Shown one piece after another: positions 8,789 to 18,311 of a DNA stretch of 64,000 nt. The translations under genes were made by a program, and so were the position numbers. The stretch's first letter is position 1. Each line of letters opens with the position of its first letter. Under the pieces are notes generated by a model. That model worked only from the letters and a program-made list of their open reading frames with translations, did not search any database and was not told the DNA's origin. Origin of the DNA: Bdellovibrionales bacterium (GTDB lineage: Bacteria; Bdellovibrionota; Bdellovibrionia; Bdellovibrionales; JAUICD01); contig OZ241865.1 in the NCBI GenBank assembly GCA_965203275.1, positions 736,001 through 800,000 of the forward strand. The letters are read 5' to 3'.

Positions 8789-10966
8789 TTACCTAGTACA
8801 CAATATGCGAATATTTGTCCATCGCAATGTCAATGCCTGCAAAAGGTTCACAAAACTTAATTTATTATTTTGCATCACTTGTTTGTATGTGAGTTCAGAA
8901 GAGTCTGTTTGTTGTGCTATGTTGTTAGCAATAAGGATTTGTATATCATCATGGCAGATCAAAGGTTCTAAAAGTCTTATGACCATATCCCTGACTTCTT
9001 GTGGGTTTTCTGGCTGGCGACCGTCTATAGTCACACTTTGCAACTGATTATAATGTGTTTGAGCTGAAAAATAATAAGCCAGCACATTATATGCAACCTG
9101 AAATACTCTACCTGCGATTTGTCTATTCCACTCTAAATAAGGTGGCAAATGATCATCTTTATTGTGTGTCAGTAGATATAAAATCTCCTGTAGTTCTCGA
9201 ATAAAGTTACGCAGTGGATCTGATGTATTATCAAAGGCCGTGCATTCTGGAGATTGGGTGCCTTGATGTGGAGGACCTAAATAACGCTCTATACTATATC
9301 TATCATGACAGGCAATATCTATTTCATCAGGTAGAATATCAAAGTAACCATAAGCAATAGCTCTTTGATCACGTAGGCCAGATGACGGTTTATAAGCCTC
9401 TTTACCTTCCATTATATCCATCACTGTATTGGATGAATAAATGCCCTGGGCAAAAAGAGTTCCATTAAAAGCATGCTCAAGTCCAAGAGTGTGACCTAAT
9501 TCATGAGCTACTATATTTCTTAAAAATCCAAATATGTGTTCCTCAACAGTGATTTGAGGAAAATTAATTTCAAATTCAGGAATATTAGATAAGACAGTCA
9601 TCTGTTGAAACCATTCTTGTTCTCTATTTACTAACTGGGGACCTTGTATTACAACATCGGACATAAGCATTTCACCTGTATAAGGTATTGTTTGTATAAA
9701 GCTTATTGCATGAACATAATCATCTTGGTAATAAACATTCCATTCTAATACATTAAAACGAGGATCCCCTAGCATAATTTCTTGCTCTCCATCATAGTCT
9801 CCTTGGATAAATTTGTAAGACAAAGCTGGAGAGCCACCTAGTTTTACAAAGATATCATTCCAATATTCAAAACCTTCTTGAAAAGCTGTATGATAAATAG
9901 GTGGAACATTTTTTATATAGTAGATTTTAAATTGACCATCTTTATTACGCCTCTGATATGTAATATAATTTTGTTCTGACTCTAAGTTCACGTCACCATA
10001 AAGTGTTGTTCGATAGTATTCAGCTTTTGTTGGAGAGGGATTCTTTTTGAGAAAGCTTTTTTCTAATTCGAGGATATTAAATTTTAAAAACCATCTAGTG
10101 GTGATCTCTGGTAGAGGTAAGGGTCCGATCAATATAAGTGGTGAAATCACATCAAAGACAAAAGTTGAGTCAGAAAAACCAACTATGTGTATTTTAGATT
10201 CTGGTACATTGGGCATGAATACAAACCGTCTATTATTATTAAGCCTGAATTGCCAAGAAGAAGACTGATATTGTCTTTGCAAGTTATTTCCTAGGTCAAT
10301 AGGATCAATAAGAAGTACTTGGTGTTTTTGTGATAAACCCAGAAAAGGAATATGCATGTAAGGTTCCAATAGATCGTTGTTTGTCATACAACTGCCATCG
10401 TTAGGACAAAACACTAAAGTTAAAAAGCAATGACCCTCATGGGAGCCTGTGATTTTTGCCTGCACTCTTGACAAGGGGAATTTGGACATCCAATATTCAG
10501 CTAGAATACTTCGAGGTCTGGAGCGTTGAAAGTAGCGATTGTCATGATCTGATACCCTATTTACGGTTGCACCTATCAATAGAGTTGTATCTAAAGCTGT
10601 CAAGGGGAAGCCTAACAATTGATGAAGATTGTCTGAAACAGTATCTTGTAATGGAGTTTGATTATCAAAGATATTTTTGTGAATAGGGATGTCTGCTAGA
10701 GAATCCTCACTTGAGGAACATCGCAATATATCACTTGAATCAGTTAAAATAGAAGGGTTTAAAAGCAAGAAGGGTAAAGAATCATCACCTATTTGTTTGA
10801 CCAAGTTATTTTCTGTTGGCTGGGATTGAGTTAGTTGAGATTCTTGAGATGGATTGGACTGAGGCTCTACAAAGATCGCTAATCCTTGACAGGGCCAATA
10901 ACTAAATAGCAACAAAGAGCCTGCTATAACAATTGCTAAGTTGATTTTATTGGTTATTATATTCAT
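8789..10966 (-). CDS. Secreted zinc-dependent metalloprotease (metzincin, EcxA/DUF4953-like)
   Basis: N-terminal hydrophobic signal; HELGHTLGLEH (HExxHxxGxxH) and Met-turn TVMD. Confidence 0.75.
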   Translation of the reverse strand: MNIITNKINLAIVIAGSLLLFSYWPCQGLAIFVEPQSNPSQESQLTQSQPTENNLVKQIGDDSLPFLLLNPSILTDSSDILRCSSSEDSLADIPIHKNIFDNQTPLQDTVSDNLHQLLGFPLTALDTTLLIGATVNRVSDHDNRYFQRSRPRSILAEYWMSKFPLSRVQAKITGSHEGHCFLTLVFCPNDGSCMTNNDLLEPYMHIPFLGLSQKHQVLLIDPIDLGNNLQRQYQSSSWQFRLNNNRRFVFMPNVPESKIHIVGFSDSTFVFDVISPLILIGPLPLPEITTRWFLKFNILELEKSFLKKNPSPTKAEYYRTTLYGDVNLESEQNYITYQRRNKDGQFKIYYIKNVPPIYHTAFQEGFEYWNDIFVKLGGSPALSYKFIQGDYDGEQEIMLGDPRFNVLEWNVYYQDDYVHAISFIQTIPYTGEMLMSDVVIQGPQLVNREQEWFQQMTVLSNIPEFEINFPQITVEEHIFGFLRNIVAHELGHTLGLEHAFNGTLFAQGIYSSNTVMDIMEGKEAYKPSSGLRDQRAIAYGYFDILPDEIDIACHDRYSIERYLGPPHQGTQSPECTAFDNTSDPLRNFIRELQEILYLLTHNKDDHLPPYLEWNRQIAGRVFQVAYNVLAYYFSAQTHYNQLQSVTIDGRQPENPQEVRDMVIRLLEPLICHDDIQILIANNIAQQTDSSELTYKQVMQNNKLSFVNLLQALTLRWTNIRILCTR

Positions 10967-11012
10967 ACAAACCTCCTATTGATTATCTTAATTATAATTA
11001 TCTTCATCTTCA

Positions 11013-12398
11013 TTAAAGCTCATTAAAACTCATCGCAACAAGTGACTTGAGTTGCTCTCTGAGATAAGAAGCTAACTGAGATATATCTAAACGTTCTTGT
11101 TGCATGGAATCCCTCTCTCTGACAGTTATTTTATGATCTTCTAAAGAATCAAAATCTACAGTGACACAAAAAGGTGTTCCAATTTCATCTTGCCTTCTAT
11201 ATCTTTTACCAATGCTACCTGTCTCATCATAATCAATAAATATATCTTCTAAGGTCAACTCCTTCTGCAAAGAGGTATACACTTGATCGGCTAATGCCTT
11301 GAGTTGAGGCTTTTTAGAAAGAGGTAAAATAGCTACAGTCACAGGAGCCAACAGAGGATGTAGTTTTAAGACCACACGTATTTCTGTTTGATCTTCTTGA
11401 GAGGTTGGTGCATTTTCTTCTTTATAGGCATCACACAAAACCATCAACATTAACCTATCACAACCAACAGATGTTTCAATCACATAAGGTAAAAACTTTT
11501 CTTTACTTATTTCATCAAAAAATTCAAGTTTTTTACCTGAAAGCTTTTGATGTTGTTTTAGGTCAAAATCCGTGCGATTATGTATACCTTCCACTTCTTG
11601 CCACCCTATCGGAAAAGCATATTCAATATCAAAAGCTGTTTTTGCATAGTGAGCTAACTGGTCTGGTCCATGCTCCTTTAATCTGATATTGTGATGAATA
11701 TTTAAACTTTGATAAAATTTTTGACGAAGAGTTTTCCATTCCTCAAAATATTGCTGATCTGTTCCGGGTTTGACAAAATATTGCATTTCCATTTGTTCAA
11801 ACTCTCTGGTACGAAATAAAAAATTCCCTGGTGTGATTTCATTTCTAAACGATTTACCTATTTGAGCAATACCAAAAGGGATCTTCTTACGAGAGCTGAT
11901 GTAAACATTTTCAAAGTTGACAAAGATGCCTTGAGCTGTCTCTGGTCTTAAATAAACTTGAGACGTAGAATCTTCCATAGCTCCCATAAAGGTTTTGAAC
12001 ATAAGATTGAATTGTTTAGGCTCTGTAAGGCTTGTACTTTGACAATAAGGACATGTATTTTTTGAAGCCTCTGTATCAGGTCGGTATCGCATTTTGCAGT
12101 CTTTACATTGGATCAGCGGATCTGAAAAACCATCAATGTGACCTGAAGCCTTCCATACTTGGGGGTGCATTAAAATAGCTGCATCAATGCCTATGATATC
12201 CCTTCTTTGTGTCATAGCCTTCCACCAAGCTTTTTTGATATTTTGCTTTAGTTGCACCCCTAAAGGTCCATAATCATAACAGGCATTAAGCCCTCCATAT
12301 ATTTCACTACTAGGGAAGATAAACCCTCGTCTTTTACATAAAGACACAAGGGTTTGCATATCTTTAAGCTGTGTGGACGTTGAGGATAAATTCTTCAT
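11013..12398 (-). CDS. glyQS: Glycine--tRNA ligase, alpha2 type
   Basis: [53 protein letters not shown]. Start uncertain (ORF track gives 12467). Confidence 0.95.
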   Translation of the reverse strand: MKNLSSTSTQLKDMQTLVSLCKRRGFIFPSSEIYGGLNACYDYGPLGVQLKQNIKKAWWKAMTQRRDIIGIDAAILMHPQVWKASGHIDGFSDPLIQCKDCKMRYRPDTEASKNTCPYCQSTSLTEPKQFNLMFKTFMGAMEDSTSQVYLRPETAQGIFVNFENVYISSRKKIPFGIAQIGKSFRNEITPGNFLFRTREFEQMEMQYFVKPGTDQQYFEEWKTLRQKFYQSLNIHHNIRLKEHGPDQLAHYAKTAFDIEYAFPIGWQEVEGIHNRTDFDLKQHQKLSGKKLEFFDEISKEKFLPYVIETSVGCDRLMLMVLCDAYKEENAPTSQEDQTEIRVVLKLHPLLAPVTVAILPLSKKPQLKALADQVYTSLQKELTLEDIFIDYDETGSIGKRYRRQDEIGTPFCVTVDFDSLEDHKITVRERDSMQQERLDISQLASYLREQLKSLVAMSFNEL

Positions 12399-12726
12399 TT
12401 TTTGTTCTTTTCTTTTGAAGGTACATGAATTATTTTTAAATACATTTTTTCCCTTTGATTGTTTCACTCAATTGCATTTTCAATTGCATTTTCTAATGAC
12501 ACCTATCATTATTTCACTTGAGGATCATTGATCAGTTTGCCTCTAAATATAATCATTTTTGTTCTCTTTGTCAAAAAAGTATCCTTCTGCTCTAAATGAA
12601 TGGAGCATTTGTCCCTTAAAATGCCCTTAAAATAAAGATATAATAAAACTTTAAAAGAATATATGCAGTTTTTTAATATTTATGTTAAGAGATGAGAATA
12701 TTCGTTTTGAATAAAAAGGCCCAACA

Positions 12727-15700
12727 ATGACAGATTCAACATTTGTACATCTTCATACACACACACAGTATTCTCTTTTAGAAGCTACTTGCAAAGTCGA
12801 TGACCTTGCACAGCTGGCAGTCAAATACAAAATGCCTGCTATTGCCTTTACTGATTATGGCAATATGTTTGGAGCCATAGAAAGCTATTTTGCCTGTAAG
12901 AAAAAAGAGATCAACCCTATCTTAGGCATAGAAATCTTTATTACAGAAGATCGCTTTGCAAAAGGTGACCATCTCAGAGTCCCCTTAAGACATCTTGTGC
13001 TTTTAGCTAAAAACTTCAAGGGCTATCAACAGCTTTGTCAAATTAATACAAAAGGGCAACTCGAAGGTTTTTATTATCGCCCTCGTGTAGATATGACAGT
13101 GTTGAAAGAACTTTCCACAGATTTAATTTGTTTAACAGGTGGATTGAGGGGCATCATTCCTGCCATATTTTTAGAGCAAGGTAGTCAATCTGCATTGAAA
13201 GAAATAAGCAATCTCAAAGAGATTTACAAAGAAAATCTTTTTTTAGAAATGCAAAAGCCTTCTATCTCTCAGTGGGATTCCATCAATGACTTTCTTTTAG
13301 AAGCTTCCAAACAACTTGACGTGCCTGTTGTTGCTACCAATGATGTGCATTTCACACACAAGGAAGACAGCATCGCTCAAGATGTCCTCAATTGCATCAG
13401 AACCAATACCATCATTCAAGACCCCTCACGTCATAAAATGGAATCAGATGAATATTATTTTAAATCACCTGATGAAATGCAAACATTATTCAAGGATATT
13501 CCTCAAGCTTTATCTAACACTTTAGAGATTGCTCGACAATGTCAAGTAGAATTCCAGTTAAAAGATACAAAAGGTCAACCTATATATCACTTACCAGGCT
13601 ACAACATAGATAACGACAGAAATATTCTAGAAGAGATTACTTTTCAAGCAGAGCAAGGGTTACAAACACGCTTTGTCCAAGCAGAACAAAACAAAGAGCC
13701 TGTTTTAGATAAAGATAAATATTATAAGCGATTAAAGCATGAGCTAGAAATTATTCATTCTATGGGTTTTTCAGGTTATTTTTTGATTGTTCAAGATTTT
13801 ATAAAATATGCTCGCACCCAAAATATTCCTGTAGGTCCAGGGAGGGGATCAGGTGCAGGTAGCCTTGTGGCATATAGCTTAACCATCACAGATTTGGATC
13901 CCATTAAATATAATTTAATTTTTGAAAGGTTCTTAAACCCTGAACGTATTTCTATGCCTGATTTTGATATTGATTTTTGTCAAGATCGAAGGCAGGAGGT
14001 CATAGAATATGTGACCAACAAATATGGTAAGGCTTCTGTTTCACAAATCATTACTTTTGGAAGATTGCAAGCCCGTGCTGCTGTCAGGGATGTCGGCCGT
14101 GTGTTGGGTATGACCTTTGCTCAAGTCAATGTGATCGCTCAACTGATACCTGACACATTAGGTATCACATTAGATGCAGCTATCAAACAAGAAGCTCGAT
14201 TGCAGGAGCTTATAGATAGCGACCCGAAGGCTATGCAAGTTTTAGAACTTGCTCGTAAAATTGAAGGCCTTCACCGACATGCAAGCATTCACCCTGCTGG
14301 AGTTGTGATCTCTGATCAGAGCCTTGTTAATTTAGCTCCTCTTTATAGAGGGAAGGAGGGGGAAAATGTCATCCAGTTTGATATGAAGTCTGCTGAAAAA
14401 ATAGGTTTGATTAAATTTGACTTTTTAGGATTAAGGACCCTCACTCATATTGATAAGACTTTAAAACTCATTGCCCAAAATAAAGGGAAAAATATTTCTC
14501 TCAATCAAATAAGTCTTTCTGATAAGGGTATTTATGAGCTGATGAGCAGTGGGGATACTTCTGGAGTATTTCAATTTGAAAGTGCAGGTATCACGGATCT
14601 TATATGTAAATTTCGTCCTAAGTCCTTTGAAGATATCACAGCAATTAATGCTCTTTATCGCCCAGGCCCTATGCAAATGTTAGATGAGTTTATTGCCAGA
14701 AAGCATGGTCAATCCAAAATACAATATTTATTTAAAGAACTAGAGCCTATACTGAAGGAAACCTACGGGATCATTGTTTATCAAGAGCAGGTTCAGTTGA
14801 TTGCTGCTCGCATTGCTAATTATTCTTTAGGTGAAGCTGATATTTTAAGAAGAGCTATGGGTAAGAAGAATGTGCAGGAGATGGCCCAACAAAAAGCTCG
14901 GTTTTTAAAAGGAGCTGTTGAAGAAAACAAATATCCACTTAAAAAAGCTGAGGAGCTTTTTTTATTGATGGCTAAATTTGCAGAATATGGATTTAATAAG
15001 TCACATGCTGCGGCTTATTGTGTGGTGGCTGCTCAAACAGCATGGTTTAAATTTTACTATCCCCATGAATTTTATACAGCTCTTTTAAGTGTAGAGATGT
15101 CACACATCAAAAAACTCCTCAAATATCTTAAAGATGTTCAAACAAAAGGTCTTGACTTAGAAGCTCCTCATGTCAACTTTTCAGAGTATGAATTTTCTAT
15201 CCAAGGTGAGAAGATATTTTTTGGTTTAGGGGCTATTAAAGGTGTAGGACAAGGGGTCGTGGATTCCATTATAGCGACAAGGAAATCTAAAAAACAATTT
15301 AAAGATGTAAAAGATTTTTTTGATTCTGTAGATGCTAAAGTTTTAAATAAAAAGACAATTGAGTGTCTCATACAGGCAGGGGCTTTAGATAACTTAGGAG
15401 CTTCCAGAAGGCAAATATGGGAATCTTATGACAAGCTCATTGCTCTATCAGAAGAACGTCGTAGAGATCAAGAGATAGGACAGATCAATTTATTTCAAGA
15501 TTCAAAACAACAGCAACAAAGTTATTTTTTAGCTGATGTAAAACCTTGGAGTCAAAGAGAGCGATTAAAGAGAGAAAAAAGTGTGTTAGGTTTCTTCTTA
15601 AGTGATCATCCTGTAGAGGCCTTTCAAAATTTGCTAGATCAAATAACTTCTTGTCATATTAGTAGGTTATCCGACAAGTTTCATAAAAAGAAAGTCACTG

Positions 15701-16173
15701 TTGGAGGCTTAATCACTAGTCTAAGAGAAAGGCTTACCAAAAAAGGTACTCTCATGGCTTTTGCTACTTTAGAAGACTCAACAGATGAAGTAGATTTAAT
15801 TATTTTCTCTGACTGTTATAGCAAAACAAAAGTGATAAAAGATGAAGTGTATATAGCCACAGGTATTTTAGAAAAAGAAGAAGATGTTACCAAAATCATT
15901 GTAGAGCAACTAGAGTCATTAGAAGATAAAATAAAACATTTTAAAGAAATTTGCATTTTAATTAAAGAGTCTGAACAAGACAAGCTTGAAGAACTCCAAG
16001 CACTTTTGAAAAAGCATAAGGGTCAAACTCAAGTTAAAATTAAATTACAAACCTCTCAGGGTTATCTTGTAAATTTCTCGATAGCTTATTCTGTCCTACC
16101 TACAAGGCAATGGATAGATGACCTCTATGACCTTTTTAAAAGGCGTGATATATGGGCATCCCATATATTCTAA
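12727..16173 (+). CDS. dnaE: DNA polymerase III alpha subunit
   Basis: FVHLHTHTQYSLL (PHP domain), GPGRGSGAGS, PDFDIDF, KFDFLGL, FNKSHAAAY. Confidence 0.97.
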   Translation: MTDSTFVHLHTHTQYSLLEATCKVDDLAQLAVKYKMPAIAFTDYGNMFGAIESYFACKKKEINPILGIEIFITEDRFAKGDHLRVPLRHLVLLAKNFKGYQQLCQINTKGQLEGFYYRPRVDMTVLKELSTDLICLTGGLRGIIPAIFLEQGSQSALKEISNLKEIYKENLFLEMQKPSISQWDSINDFLLEASKQLDVPVVATNDVHFTHKEDSIAQDVLNCIRTNTIIQDPSRHKMESDEYYFKSPDEMQTLFKDIPQALSNTLEIARQCQVEFQLKDTKGQPIYHLPGYNIDNDRNILEEITFQAEQGLQTRFVQAEQNKEPVLDKDKYYKRLKHELEIIHSMGFSGYFLIVQDFIKYARTQNIPVGPGRGSGAGSLVAYSLTITDLDPIKYNLIFERFLNPERISMPDFDIDFCQDRRQEVIEYVTNKYGKASVSQIITFGRLQARAAVRDVGRVLGMTFAQVNVIAQLIPDTLGITLDAAIKQEARLQELIDSDPKAMQVLELARKIEGLHRHASIHPAGVVISDQSLVNLAPLYRGKEGENVIQFDMKSAEKIGLIKFDFLGLRTLTHIDKTLKLIAQNKGKNISLNQISLSDKGIYELMSSGDTSGVFQFESAGITDLICKFRPKSFEDITAINALYRPGPMQMLDEFIARKHGQSKIQYLFKELEPILKETYGIIVYQEQVQLIAARIANYSLGEADILRRAMGKKNVQEMAQQKARFLKGAVEENKYPLKKAEELFLLMAKFAEYGFNKSHAAAYCVVAAQTAWFKFYYPHEFYTALLSVEMSHIKKLLKYLKDVQTKGLDLEAPHVNFSEYEFSIQGEKIFFGLGAIKGVGQGVVDSIIATRKSKKQFKDVKDFFDSVDAKVLNKKTIECLIQAGALDNLGASRRQIWESYDKLIALSEERRRDQEIGQINLFQDSKQQQQSYFLADVKPWSQRERLKREKSVLGFFLSDHPVEAFQNLLDQITSCHISRLSDKFHKKKVTVGGLITSLRERLTKKGTLMAFATLEDSTDEVDLIIFSDCYSKTKVIKDEVYIATGILEKEEDVTKIIVEQLESLEDKIKHFKEICILIKESEQDKLEELQALLKKHKGQTQVKIKLQTSQGYLVNFSIAYSVLPTRQWIDDLYDLFKRRDIWASHIF

Positions 16174-16494
16174 TTTTCACTCAAAATGAGCGGATTTTTG
16201 AGGCAATGACCATTTTGTCAACGGCGAAAGCCAAAAAGTGTAAGAAAGAACTTTTTCCTTAACATGGAGTAAAAAACGAGGAGATCCTCCCTACTAAAAG
16301 TAAACGAACTTTTGAGGTTGCCAGCATTTAAGAAGGCGAATAGCCTTCGGCTGGCAACCCAAAAGTGACCAGAGGTCAGTTTACTTTTAGTGCAAAAGAC
16401 GGCTGGTTTATTTTTAGTGAGACAAACGCCCAAAAACACACCAGAGGTGTGGCTCATTTTGAGTGAAATGTTAAGGAATGAGGAGATCCTCCTT
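16174..16494. repeat. Modular palindromic repeat cluster 1
   Basis: Starts TTTTCACTCAAAAT directly after the dnaE stop; complete branched hairpin at 16292-16392. Confidence 0.9.
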
Positions 16495-16866
16495 ATGAAA
16501 AAGGTATTAAATGTAGAGAAGAATTAATGACAGGTCAGAATAAACAAGCAAGGCAACTGAGTGTTTCAGAAGCAATGTTAAAGTTAAAAGAAGTCAGAGC
16601 AGTGCCTGTCACATTAAAAGATAAGACCCTGTGGATGAGAACAGATATCACAGGTCATGCAACAGATGTATTTAAAGCAGTCAAAATACCAGCAAAACCC
16701 ATCAAAGCTTAAAAGTAAAAGTAGAATCATCACAATCTTAATTAATCTTAATAGATTGTCCAAAATTCTGCCACAAAAACAAAAACCTAGTGGCACAAAA
16801 TCCCTTTCGACTCATAATCTACTGCTCAACTTTATTTTTGCAGGCTATCAAACTCAGGAACTCAGG
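16495..16866 (+). mobile_element. Remnant of a transposase C-terminus and element end, possibly IS1634-like
   Basis: ORF 16527..16712 (LKEVRAVPV...WMRTDITGHATDVFKAVKI) resembles DDE transposase tails from memory; the segment ends in a duplicated AACTCAGG (16851-16866). Confidence 0.5.
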
Positions 16867-17005
16867 AACCTTGAGCAGACAGGCAATAACCTCTCAATAT
16901 GGCCTGCACAACAAAGGTGACATCATCTGTTTTAAATCTTGGAGAATTTTGAGCATACACTAAATTCCCCCACAGCAAACTTAAAATAAAAATATAAACT
17001 TTCAT
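16862..17005 (-). pseudogene. Short signal-peptide ORF (47 aa), probably truncated by the IS remnant
   Basis: AGGAGG RBS, MKVYIFILSLLWGNLVYA signal; the stop codon falls inside the CCTGAGTT duplication. Confidence 0.5.
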
Positions 17006-17168
17006 GGTTTCCTCCTGCTAGCATTGTTGGTTGTTATTTATCTATATCAATTTTATTTGTTACAAGATATAAATTGTGGCTTGTCAAGTATGAATATTAT
17101 GACTTTGATGTTTTAAACATGAGGCGTTTTTCATTGCATTCTCTCAACTGAATGTTATTTTTTAATCT

Positions 17169-18044
17169 ATGAATAATATTTTAGTTACAAAAATATCTGG
17201 TACACAGAATACTTTTTTAATCTTGGATGCACGTTCTGAAGATTTCAATGCCTGTTTACATCAAATTTCTGGTGGTTTATCTCGCCCTCAAATAGCTCAA
17301 AAGCTATGTCAGTCGTTTTTACCTTCAAATTCTAAAACAGATGGGTGTATTTTTATAGAAAAAGACACTGTAGTAGATTTTCAATGGGATTTTTATAATG
17401 CCGATGGCTCACAGGCACAGATGTGTGGCAATGCAGCCAGGTGTGTGGCCTGGTTAGCTTATAAGTACAAGTGGGTTTCAACATCTGTTGTGCGGTTTCG
17501 CTCTGCATCAGGAATTATTCAAGCCCATGTTGATTTTCATAAAAATTTTGTGCAGGTGATCATGGCTAGCCCTCAGATTTTAGAGCAGGAAAAAACTTTT
17601 CAATACAAAGATCAGCAGATTAAAGGTTTATATGTCAATACAGGTGTTCCTCATTTTGTGACACAAGTAGGTTATCAAGGCTTTAATAAAAATAAACTCA
17701 AAGGCATAGCTAAGTATTTAAGAGATCATATTGATTTTAAACCTGAAGGAAGTAACATTTCTTTTGTTTACCTTTCTGACAAGAAGGTTCAGGGTTTAAC
17801 TTTTGAGAGAGGAGTTGAAGATTTTACACAATCTTGTGGAACGGGTGCTGTAGCTATGACTGCTTTTTTGATTTCAAGATCGGTATACTCATTTAATGAG
17901 GATATAGTTATTGAGCTACCTGGAGGCAAGCTTATAGTCAAAATCACTGATCATTATCAACAGGCTTTTTTGTCCGGTGATGTGGAGTATTTAAATCAAT
18001 TTTTATTGACTGCTCATATTTTTAATTCGACGCTCTCAAAGTAA
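17169..18044 (+). CDS. dapF: Diaminopimelate epimerase
   Basis: FYNADGS.AQMCGNAARC, NTGVPHFV, TFERGVED.TQSCGTG. Confidence 0.93.
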   Translation: MNNILVTKISGTQNTFLILDARSEDFNACLHQISGGLSRPQIAQKLCQSFLPSNSKTDGCIFIEKDTVVDFQWDFYNADGSQAQMCGNAARCVAWLAYKYKWVSTSVVRFRSASGIIQAHVDFHKNFVQVIMASPQILEQEKTFQYKDQQIKGLYVNTGVPHFVTQVGYQGFNKNKLKGIAKYLRDHIDFKPEGSNISFVYLSDKKVQGLTFERGVEDFTQSCGTGAVAMTAFLISRSVYSFNEDIVIELPGGKLIVKITDHYQQAFLSGDVEYLNQFLLTAHIFNSTLSK

Positions 18045-18101
18045 TAGAGTCTTTTTTATTTTTAACGTAAGTGTTTATCTTTAGCATAATGGAGTGAAAA
18101 A

Positions 18102-18177
18102 TGGTGGCTTAGGACGGAATCGAACCGCCGACACAAGGCTTTTCAGGCCTCTGCTCTACCGACTGAGCTACCAAGCC
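18102..18177 (-). tRNA. tRNA-Phe(GAA)
   Basis: 76-nt cloverleaf GGCTTGGTAGCTCAGTCGGTAGAGC...CTGAAAA...GGTTCGATTCC...CCA. Confidence 0.96.
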
Positions 18178-18311
18178 ACCTGATCTATATTTATCTTAAA
18201 TTCTTAAGATTTAACTATTATGGTATATTATTATATATTATGTATTTCAAGGCAAATGATAATTAAGAATGTAATAGACAGAGCTTAGGATAATTTTTTT
18301 AGCATGCTGTT

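Noticed and set aside
16292..16392. Hammerhead ribozyme or group II intron domain V/VI identity for module A
   Set aside because: GAAAC lies outside the junction, there is no CTGATGA core at the right position, and no domain V catalytic triad hairpin was recognised.
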